From the human T2T-CHM13v2.0 reference genome, Homo sapiens, in assembly GCF_009914755.1 (NCBI RefSeq), contig NC_060933.1: a stretch of 64,000 bases of DNA; one strand, given 5' to 3'. Each line of letters begins with the position of its first letter. Position 1 is the first letter of the stretch. The position numbers and the translations under genes are program-made. Of the stretch, positions 31,840 to 43,537 are shown piece after piece. The notes under the pieces were generated by a model that had not been told where the DNA came from, made no database searches, and saw nothing but the letters and a program-made list of their open reading frames with translations.

Positions 31840-32040
31840 AGGTGCATGCATGCCTGTCTAATTCTAGCTCCAACTTATCATTAATGCATGAGAATATGGG
31901 TCCAGTATTTTTAGATCATCCTATGTTTTTTAGAGAAGTTCAAAGCTGCATTTTTGTGTGAAATCATTCTGATTTTGAAACACTATATGGGTCACACATA
32001 ACATATCTGCAGGAGGAATGTGATACCATTTTGCAGCTCC
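31840..32040. mobile_element. MER102-like hAT element
   Basis: gaatatgggtccagtatt...tttgtgtgaaatc...acatatctgcagg. Confidence 0.45.
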
Positions 32041-33162
32041 CCGTCTAGACAAATAGGAGATCAGCAGAGAAGCTGCACTGTTGCCAGTAGTCACCTATGC
32101 CTATGTCTTTCGTGCAAAATATTTGGGCAGGGCCCTCATAAATAATCTTAGCAATAGTTATCCAACTTGAACTTTGATGATTCCATGAAACTGAGAAGCT
32201 AAGATCAGTTAATTTATAACTGGCTTTATGGTTTCAAGATCACTATGTTCTGATAAATCAAAGAACAACTAGCAAGAGGATAGATATCTTCATTCTGTTA
32301 TCCCTAAGGAAGGCCATGGGTTAGGAGCCCCAATGGCCACTGGAGAATGTGTAAATTACTGACAATGCTATTCTCCTTTCAAAAAAAAAATACAATCCAA
32401 AGATAAGCAGATAAATGCTGTTAACTTAATTCAAATTCCAACTAGGACATTGAGTCACTTCCAGCATGCCAGAAATCAGGGGAAAGTTCATGTTTATCTC
32501 TGGGTTCATTTCCCCAGCATTTCTCATTAAAGAAATAAAAGGTTGTCACAAACTGCTCTTTCAAGAGAGAAGCTGTGAGAAGTGAATATCTGCTCCTCAG
32601 TTTCAGTTCCTCCAACTCTGGAAGATCCTGGCACACAGAAGAGCTTCACACATTTTCTCAATCTTTCCTTCCTCAGTTGAATCCCAACCAAGTATATGGA
32701 TCAGAAATTGTTGGGCCTTTTTTCCTACCGTTCTTACTGACTCAGTTAAATCACTAGCAACTCAATCGCCACACCCTTCATGAAAGTTAGTTTGTGGAGC
32801 ACATTCCTGTTTTGAGTCTTAGAATTTCCCTTATCCTCTTCTAATTTTAAAAGGCCTTTGATGCCAACAGAATAACTTAGCAGCAAACTTCACATATTCG
32901 TGAATCATGGAAAGAGGAATTGTTTGGTTGCCATCCAGATAGTTAGCATCCTTACTTCGCTCTTGTATTAGTGAAGCCAGGCTACCTACTGGAAAAAATA
33001 ACTAGGAGATTTTGGTGTATTAACAGAATAAAAACTTGTTTCTCACTTCTATTACAGTTCAGTGTAGATTGACTGGATTGGGGAAGATGAGGAGTTTTGC
33101 TCCATGTAGTCAATCAGGGAGTCGGGATCTTTTCATCCTGTGGTTCCACCATACTCTTAGTC

Positions 33163-33696
33163 CAGAGGCTGGCAAATGTTTTCTGTAAAAGGCCATATAG
33201 GGCCAGGCATGGTGCCTCATGCCTGTAATCCCAGCACTTTGGGAGACCAAGGCAGGTGGATCACTTGAGATCAGGAGTTCGAGACCAGCCTGACCAACAT
33301 GGTGAAATCCCATCTCTACTAAAAATACAAAATTAGCCAGGTGTGGTGGCACATGCCTGTAATCCAAGCTACTCAGGAAGCTGAGGCAGGAGAATCCATT
33401 GAACCTGGGAGGTGGAGGTTGTAGCGAGCCTAGATGGCACCATTGCACTCCAGCCTGGGCAACAAGAGCAAAACTCCATCTGAAAAAAAAAAAAAAAAAA
33501 AGCCATATAGTAAGTATTTTAGGCTTTGTGTGCCCTATGGTCTCTGTCACAACTATTTAACTCTGCCACTGTAGCACAAAAGTAGCCATAGGCAATATGT
33601 ACATGAATGGGCATGGCTGCATTCCAGTAAAACTTTTTTTACAAAATCAGGCAGCAGGACCGATCTGGCCTGTGAGCCACAGTTTGCCGACTTCTG
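33163..33696 (+). mobile_element. MER58A hAT MITE interrupted by an Alu
   Basis: cagaggctggcaaa...ttctgtaaaaggcca / tattttaggctttg...ctctgccactgtagcacaaa...agtttgccgacttctg. Confidence 0.88.
33201..33497 (+). mobile_element. AluSq/Sp-type
   Basis: gggcaacaagagcaaaactcc; TSD aaaa(g/a)gccatatag. Confidence 0.92.
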
Positions 33697-34261
33697 CTCT
33701 CAAACCTTGTCCTCCTGTGCATTTGGCCAGTCAGTAGAGAAAGGGAGAGCACCATGGAAGAGGCACATCTGAAATGCATGCCTATCCCCATATAATTTCA
33801 TGATGATTATGCTAAACAATGTTTCTAAAGTGCCTCGTACAAAGGTCAGTGTATAGGAGTTGCCAATAAATGACAACTGTCATCATTTTTAAATGATAAA
33901 GTACCTTTAGTACTTACAGGAAGAAGTGATCATGTTTAATTGATCAGGAAAGGCCATAGTTGATTCTTAAAGCTAGGGTAGGATCTTAACAAACAGAAGT
34001 GGGGGGACAGCATGAGCAAATGTATAGCAGCAAGAAAGCGTTGTAGGCTGAGTAAGCGCATGTAGTTCAGTTTGGCCATAACACAGCTAGGTGGAGCAAG
34101 GTGAGAGGTAAGTCTGGAAAGGTAAGAAGGCCTCAAACACCATGTTTAAAGTTCGGATGTTCAGCAGCAATAGGGACCCATGTAAATTTGGTGAGAAGTA
34201 TATACACAAGCCTTGTGTTCCAAAAATCTGTTTGTAAATTCATTGTTTGAAAAACAGACTA

Positions 34262-34583
34262 TATTTTTTTATTTCCTTTTTTTTTTTTTTTTTTTGAGAC
34301 AGAGTTTTGCTCTGCCACCCAGGCTGGAGTGCAGTGGCACAATCTTGGCTCACTGTAAACTCCGCCCCCTGCGCTCAAGTGATTCTCCTGCCTCAGCCTC
34401 CCGAGTAGCTGGGATTATAGGCGCCCGCCACCACGCCCGGCTAATTTTTGTATTTTTAGTAGAGATGCAGTTTCATCACGTTGCCCAGTCTGGTCTCGAA
34501 CTCCTAACTCCAGGTGAGCCACCCGCCTCATCCTCCCATCCCTCCCTGTGCTGGGATCACAGGTGTGAGCTACCACACCCAGC
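34262..34583 (-). mobile_element. AluS
   Basis: Antisense dimer; TSD acagactat(a/g)tttt. Confidence 0.92.
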
Positions 34584-34786
34584 AACACAGACTATGTTTT
34601 CTAACACAGGGTAAGCAATGGGAGTTCAAGTCCCAGACTGGTTCACGGAAACCTGCCTCCCAGGTGTTTATAACCCTTACCTATCTGCAAAGGAGAATTG
34701 TTTTACTCAACCAACATGCCCAGAAAATACTTCAGTTATCGAGCTATATAAATGTTGCTCTGATTATCATGATCTTAATCTAAAAT

Positions 34787-35097
34787 GGCCAGGCGCTATG
34801 GCCCACGCCTGTAATCCCAACACTTTGGGAAGTTGAGGCAGGCAGATCACCTGAGGTCAGGAGTTTGAGACCAGCCTGGCCAATATGTTGAAACCCTGTC
34901 TCTACTAAAAATACAAAAATTAGCTGGGCATAGTGGTACACACCTGTAGTCCCAGCTACTTGGGAGTCTGAGGTGGGAGAATCACTTGACCCCAGAAGGC
35001 AAAAGTTGCAGCAAGCAGAGATCGCACCACTTCACTCCAGCCTAGGTGACAGAGCGAGACTCTGTCTCAGAAAATAAAATATAAATAAATAAATAAA
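34787..35097 (+). mobile_element. AluSx-type
   Basis: Dimeric Alu with (TAAA)n tail. Confidence 0.92.
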
Positions 35098-35451
35098 ATG
35101 AGCTTTCATAGGAGAAGTTTCTCAGTTAGCACATACAGAGATTTATAGCCAACTACTAAAATTCCTGGAAGGGTGTACCATGATAAAATATGGACTCCGT
35201 TTTTTGCCAACTCATTTGGATACTGAGAAATGATTTGCATAAGGTGAAACTATGAAGTCAGAAATATGTTTAGCTAGGCCTTCGTTTCTAGATCCCTAAA
35301 AAGAACTACTTATCTCTAAGTGATGCAAACCTGTTGGGCTTCCTTGTCAGAGCCCATCTGTGTTGAAAGCTTGACTTTGGCTGGCTTTTGCACAGAAATC
35401 CCTGCTTCCACTTGCTAGTGGTGTAATTTGTTCTGATATTCAAGAGTGGTT

Positions 35452-35761
<310 letters not shown>

Positions 35762-35829
35762 CTAAATTGCAATTGTGTAGAACGCCTCAGAATTGGGTAC
35801 TCAGGCCAATGCCACATTCTAACATTTAA

Positions 35830-36240
35830 TGTATATAGTTATTTATCCATGTATTTATTCCACATATGTTTTATATATTTCCAAGCACCTGCTGTATGCC
35901 AGATGCTCTACTGGTGTTAGTGGTAGTAGAAGTAGTCTGTGGGAGTCAGATCTGAAACAAGCATTAACATGACAATATTATAATTTATTTTATGACAGTA
36001 TGTCCAGGTCAAAGTGGTACGTAAGAAAAGAAGCACCTAAAACTGTCTATGGGCTCAAAAAAATCTTTCCTAAGAGATAATATCTGAGCTGAGACATTAA
36101 AAATAATAGAAGCTTTGGGGAGAATGAGAAAATAGCATCTCAGGCAGGGAAACCAGCAGATACCCAAAGCACGTGATTATGGAGTGTTGTGTATATTCAA
36201 TTAATGTTTGCTGAGGGGGTGATAGGTGGGTGAGTGGACG
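35830..36240 (-). mobile_element. L2 fragment
   Basis: aagcacctgctgtatgccag...tctgagctgagac. Confidence 0.6.
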
Positions 36241-37305
36241 GATGAATGGATGGATACATGGAGGTGAAGAAACCTTCTCTAGAGGTGTGTATTTTCCAAG
36301 ACTCCCCTCAATCCAGATGTAAGCCAGTTCTTCTTCCTTACAGATCTCCAGTGTGTCTTGAAGTTTGATTCCAACTTCCCCAGAAGACATTTAACTTTTC
36401 TCACTCCATTAAGTTAAAACTTAAAAATCCTGACATTGAGGAGGTTTCATTCTAATGCCCATTTTAAGCAAGTGGGATGCTGACTACAACCCATGTGAGA
36501 CCAGTGCTGAGCTGGGTGCTAGAGAGAGAAATTCAAAGAAGATGTGATCCGGGCCACCAATAAATTATCACCTCACTGGAGAATCAAGAGTTATACTCAA
36601 GAAATAAAACAAAGCTGTCAGGTACCAAATTGTATGATTTGGACTCAAAGTTGTACAAGAATTTGGGTTGTTCACAATCATTAATACAGCAGAAGCTTCA
36701 ACGTTTGTCTCTCACAGACAATTCTCTGCAAAACCATAGAGATAAGATTCTTTGAGCTGGTTGGCAGGGTATGAATATGGTCAACCTGACGAACTCCAGA
36801 TTCTTCCTCTCAATGACTGCATGCTTGGTCTGGAAGACACTTTCTTTGCTTGCTTTTTCCCTTCTCCTTTTCGCACTCCCCAAATATCTGTTTCATACTC
36901 AGAATTATAATGGATTGTAAAATTGAATGGGATTATAGTGTAGATTGAATGGGATTATGAAACTCAGCAGCAACAGACACAAGGAAGGTTGGGTAATGTC
37001 CCAGGATGACTAATCAAGAGGCAGAGTTTCCGGGAGCTTAGCAGATCCTCGCTTTTTCACTTGCATGTGGAGCACATTCCTCAGCCTGCCAGACCAATTC
37101 CCTTTCCCTTCTCCGCATCTCCTGACCCTTGTCACAAGATCATCAAAAGGCATCATTTTACAAAGGTCCTTTGATGTTAATTTTGTACCATCCTGGATCT
37201 GCCTAGTACTTAAAGACAGATTTATCACTCCACTGAAAAGACTGTTATATTTAAATCTCTGCAAAGAAAGCTGAGACAATAGCTGATGACAAAAATCTTC
37301 CCCTA

Positions 37306-37754
<449 letters not shown>

Positions 37755-38166
37755 CTATATCCTTGGACTCAACAATGCTTCTCTAAGAATTTATGTATGA
37801 ACATAGTTACAGATATGAAGATGATCACAAAGCTTTGTAGTAAAAAATTGGAAACAACTATAGGGAAATGTTTAATACATATTATGGGATATTATGCAAA
37901 GAAAAATGGTGTTATAGAAAAATATTACAGACAAGGGCAATATTTGTAATATATTAAAAGTTGGTTTTAAATTAATATAAACAATATTAGCTTGTGTTAA
38001 TAGGAAATAAGATAAAATTGTAACACGATAATATTCACATTCTTCCTTCTCCCTCCAAAGTGAATTCAATCTCTGTCTGTTCAGGTTCCTCATATCACTG
38101 CCACCATGACCCCCAAGCTACCTTCACCATCCCCATCAATGACATCTTACCTTAAGAGAAGGCAAG

Positions 38167-38476
38167 GACTGGGCTGGGTGGCTCAGCCTGTAATCCCAGC
38201 ACTTTGGGAGGCCAAGGCGGGTGGATCACCTGAGGTCATGAGTTCAAGACCAGCCTAGCCAACATGATGAAATCCTTTCTCTACTAAAAATACAAAAAAT
38301 CAGCTGGGCATGGTGGCGGGCACCTATAATCCCAACTACTCTGGAGGCTGAGGCAGGAGAATTGCTTGAACCCAGGAGGCAGATGTTGCAGTGAGCCGAG
38401 ATTGCACCATTGGCCATTGCACTCCAGCCTGGGCAAGAGTGAGACTGCATCTCAAAAAAAAAAAAAAAAAAAAAAA
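38167..38476 (+). mobile_element. AluS (Sq-like)
   Basis: Dimeric Alu; TSD agaaggcaag. Confidence 0.9.
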
Positions 38477-39043
38477 AGAGATAGAAGGCAAGAATTTTCC
38501 TGGTTTTCTGTTTTCTGAAATTATTTAAGTTTTGTGATGTGTAATCAGAATAATGCAGAGAGAACAGGAACTAAAGAGGAAGAAAAAGGAGCAAGACTTC
38601 CACCAAAAGAGCAACTAAATCCACATAATAAAGAGCTGCAGTAGAAGTATAGAGAGAAGGTATCTTGAGCTGGAGAAGAGGAAGAATTTTCTAGAAGGTG
38701 TGGAACAGCATCAGGGTATGAGGAAATAGGATAGAAGAGGACAGAAGAAGAGGAGACAGTGGCAGTGTGAAGATTTTCTCACCTGAATCGTTACTATGAA
38801 AGTGTATTTGAATCCTTTCATGGTTTTGGAGAAGTGGCAATGAAGAATTTGAGATCTTTAAATACTACTTTTGATTGCTGGACCCCCAACTGCATGAGGG
38901 TCTTGGATTCATTATATTTATATGCAAAACCACAAGGAAATAAAAGACAGCAGCTTTAACCATCAAAATATTTGTATGATTTGAATGAGATTGTTTTATT
39001 CTTTTTACATATTCATATTTTCTAAATTTTCTAGGTATTTGAC

Positions 39044-39065
39044 TGTATGTATGTATGTATGTATG

Positions 39066-39096
<31 letters not shown>

Positions 39097-39104
39097 ATAT
39101 ATAT
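39044..39104. repeat. Compound microsatellite (TATG)n(TATC)n(TA)n
   Basis: Directly visible. Confidence 0.95.
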
Positions 39105-39221
39105 CATTTAATCCTCAATTACCTCTAAGAATTAGGCACCATAATGACATCCATTTTACAGAGGACAAAACTGTGGCATAGCGAGAGATTTGGCAGCTGG
39201 CCCAAAGTCGCAAAACTATCT

Positions 39222-39705
39222 TAGTTGACCTCTGAACAACATGGGCTTGAAGAGCCTAGGTCTACTTATACGCAGATTTTTTTCAATAAAAGTTATACCA
39301 AGTGTGCCTGCCTTCCCTTCCACCTCCTCCACTTCTCCCTCTGCCACCTCTGAAATAGCAAGACCAAACCCACCTCTTCCTCCTCTTCCTCAGCCTACTT
39401 GTTGTGAAGACAATGAGGATGAGGACCTTTAAGATGATCCACTTCTTAATGAATAGTAAATATATTTCTCTTTCTTACGATTTTCTTAATAATATTTTCT
39501 TAGTTACTTTATTGAAGGATACAGCATATAATACATATAGCATAGAAAATATGTGTTAATTGACTGTTTATGTTACTAACAAGGCTTCTGTTCAACAGTG
39601 GGCTATTCATAGTTAAGTTCTCAGGGAGTCAAAAGTTATATGTGGATTTTTGACTGTATAAGGGATTGGTGCCTCTAACTTCCTATGTTTTTCAATGGTC
39701 AGCTG
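39222..39705. mobile_element. Tigger2-derived non-autonomous element (Tigger2a/b-like) inserted in an antisense MIR (about 39105-39770)
   Basis: TIRs agttgacc..tgaacaac / ttcaatggtcagctg followed by TA; cagcctact...gaagacaatgaggatga core. Confidence 0.82.
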
Positions 39706-40206
39706 TAGTTGAGAAGTTAGGAAATAACCCAAGAAACCTAACTCCAGAACCAGTGCTCTGAACACTTATGCTAAATAAATGGCTTCTTTTGAATTTTGGA
39801 AATTTATTTTCAAATAAAATATTTCCCTTCTACAAAAAAGTATAATAATGAGGCTAAAGTAATGAATGCTCAGGTACCCTCATGCCACCCCAGTGAATCT
39901 TAATGTTTTGTGATATTTTGTTTACATATGTAATATCTAAAGAAAAAATTGCAGATATAGCTAAAATGTTTTAGTAATGAAGTTTATACTAATTAAAAGC
40001 AATTAAAGGCAAAATGACAAATAGACTTCATTTGTTCATGTCCCAGAGAAGCTTCCCCACCCCATGATTATTTTTCTAAGGAGGGTGAGACAAGTCAAAG
40101 GGATGATGAGATGGTGGCAGTGTGAAGATTTTCTCACCTGCACTCTCAACCCACATCAGAAGAAATAGCTTATCCTGAATCTGGTGTTTTTCATTACTTT
40201 GCATGT

Positions 40207-40559
40207 TGACATGATTTGGCTGTGTCCTCACCCAAATCTCACCTTGAATTGTAATAATCCCCACTTGTCAAGGGCAGGGACAGGTGAAGATAATTGAGTC
40301 ATGCAAGCAGGTTCCCCATGCTGTTCTCATGGTAGTGAATAAGTCTCACAAGATCTGATTGTTCTATAAATGAGAGTTCTGCACAAGCTCTCTCTTGCCT
40401 GCCGCCATGTAGGACGTGTCTTGCTTCCCCTTCCCTTTCTGACATAATTGTGAGAACTCCCCAACCACATGGAACTGTGAGTCTATTAAACCTCTTTCCT
40501 TTATAAATTACCTAGTCCTAGGTATGTCTTTATTAGCAGCGTGAGAACAGACTAATACA
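40207..40559 (+). mobile_element. THE1B/C solo LTR
   Basis: tgacatgatttggctgtgtcc...gagaacagactaataca; perfect TSD CATGT (40202-40206 / 40560-40564). Confidence 0.93.
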
Positions 40560-40863
40560 CATGTTTTGTATAATCCTACTCTATAAGTCAATTTTCTTCA
40601 AATATAGCACTGTTTGACCAACTTTTAAGAATCACAGACATGGGGTTATAATGTGCCATCAAAATATAATGGCCAATGTTGGTTCCTCACCACCTAGCAT
40701 CTGTTGTCTCTTCAACACGCTTTCATGTTTTACCCCTTTCTCTCTCTGTGCTGCATGCTGAGGGCATTCTTCAGTACTACCTTCCAATTCCCTAATCATC
40801 CCTGTAAGTATAAAATTTTTGTATTCCAAAAGCCATAATTTTTTCTATTTTCCAAGATTTCTA

Positions 40864-41131
40864 TTTTTAAAATGTTTATTGAGATATAATTCACATATCA
40901 TACAATTCACACACTTAAAATGCACACTCCAATGTTTTTAGTATGTTCACAGAGTTGTGCAGCCATCTCCACGATCAATTTTAGAACGTTTTCCTCATCC
41001 AATAAACTCCACAACCATTAGCAATAATTTCCCCATTTCTCTTCTTCTCCTCCTATCTTCTCCCCAGTACCTCCTGGCCACAGGCACTCACTTGTCTGGT
41101 TTCTGTTTCTATATGTTTGCCTATTCTGGGC
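40864..41131 (-). mobile_element. L1MB-type 3' end
   Basis: tttattgagatataattcacatatcatacaattcac...tttgcctattctgg. Confidence 0.8.
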
Positions 41132-41299
41132 AAAAATTTTTTCCTCCTGCCTTCTATCTGTGATTGATTATATATCCTTTGACCAACATCTCCTCATCTT
41201 CTCTTTCATAACCACCCCAGTTTCTGGTAAACACCATTCTACTCTCTCCTTCTATGAGATCAGCTTGTTTAGATTTCACATGAGAGATTATGCAGTTGT

Positions 41300-41611
41300 T
41301 TTTGGTTTTTGTTCTTTTTGAGACAGAGTCTCACTCTGTTGTCCAGGCTGGAGAGCAGTGGTGTAATTAGTTTTTCATTTTTCATATTTGGGAACCTTCC
41401 CAACTCAGGTGATCCTCCTACCTCAGCCTCTCAAACAGCTGGGATTACAGGAACACCCTACCACACCAGGCTAATTTTTGTGGGGTTCTTTTGCAGAGAA
41501 AAGGTTTCACCCTGTTGCCCAGGCTGGTCTTGAACTCCTGTGCTCAAGCAATCTGCCTACCTCAGCCTTTCAAAATGCTGGGATTACAGGCATGAGCCAC
41601 CGTGCCCAGCC
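41300..41611 (-). mobile_element. AluJ with an internal non-Alu patch
   Basis: Collinear Alu arms; 41368-41403 is not Alu sequence. Confidence 0.85.
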
Positions 41612-43187
41612 TACATGTCTTCTTTTGAGAAGTGTCTATTCAAGTCTTTCGCCCATTTTGTAATAGGTTTGTTTTCTTGCTATTGAGTTGTTTGAGTTCC
41701 TTTTATATTTTGGATATCAACCTCTTGTCAGACGTGTAGTTTTCAAATATTTTCTTCCAGTCTATAAGTTGTCTCTTTACTCTGCTAATTGTTTCTTTGC
41801 TGTGCAGAAGTTTTTTAGTTTGTTGTAATCCCATTTTTCCAATATTGCTTTTGTTGCCTGTGATTTTGAGGTCTTATCCAAAAAAATATTTGCCCATACC
41901 CATGTCATGAAGCATTTCTCCAATGTTTTCTTATAGTAGTTTCATCATTTGGGGTCTTAGACTTAAGTCTGTAATCCATTTTGAGTTCATTTTTTATATA
42001 AGGGTCTAGTTCCCTTCTTCTGCCTGTGGATATCCTGTTTTCTCAACACAATTTATGGAAAAGACTGACCTTTCCCAAAATGTGTTCGTAGCACCTTTGA
42101 TGAATATCATCAGTTGGCTGTAAATTGTGGATTTATTTCTGGGCTCTCTATTCTGTTCCATTAGTTTGTCTGTTTTTATTGGTTATTTTAGCTTTGTTGT
42201 ATATTTTTAAATCAGGTAGTGTTACACCTTTGTTCAGCTTTGTTCTTTTTGGTCAGAATTGCTTTGACTATTCAAGGTTTCTGTGGTTCCATTCAAATTT
42301 TAGGATTTTCTATTTCCATGAAAAATGTCATTGGTATTTTGACAGGGGTTGCATTGATTTTGTAGATCACTTCAGGTAATATGGACATTTTAACTATATT
42401 AATTCTTCTAATTCATGCACACAGGATATCTTTTCATTTACTTGTGTCTTCTTCAATTTCTTTCATCAGTTTTTTTGTAGTTTTCATTGTAAAGATCTTT
42501 CACTTCCTTGGTTAAATTTATTTCTAGTTATTTTTGGTAGTTATTATAAATAGAACTGTTTTCTTAATTTTTTTTTCAGATAGTTTGCTATTAGCATATA
42601 GGAACACTCCTGATTTTTGTGTGTTGATTTTGTATCCTGCAACTTTACTAAATTCATTTATTAGTTCTAACAGCTTTTTGGCGCAGTCTTTAGGGTTTTC
42701 TGTATGTAAGATCATGTTATCTGCCAACACGGATAATTTTACTTCCTCCTTTCCAATTTGGATACCTTTTATTTTTCTATCTTGCCTAGCTACTCTGGCT
42801 AAGACTTCTAGTATTATGCTGAGTAAAAGTGGTAAGAAATGGGCATCTTTGCCTTATCCAAATCTTACCATAAAAGCTTTCAGCTTTTTCTTATTCAATA
42901 TGATGTTAGTTGTGGGTCTGTCATACATGGCTTTTATTGTGTTGAGGCACATTCCTTCTATACCTAATTTATTGTTAGTTTTTATGATTAAGTGATGTTG
43001 AATTTCGTCAAATGCTTTTTCTACATCTTGGTTTTTGTCCTTCATTTTGTTAATAAATCACATTTATTGATTTGCATATATTGAACCATCCTCATTTGCC
43101 TGGAGTGGATTCATCTTGATCTCACTTGAAGATGGTAAATAATCTTCTCAAAGTGTTGTTAAATTTGATTTGCTAGTGTTTTGTTGA

Positions 43188-43537
<350 letters not shown>

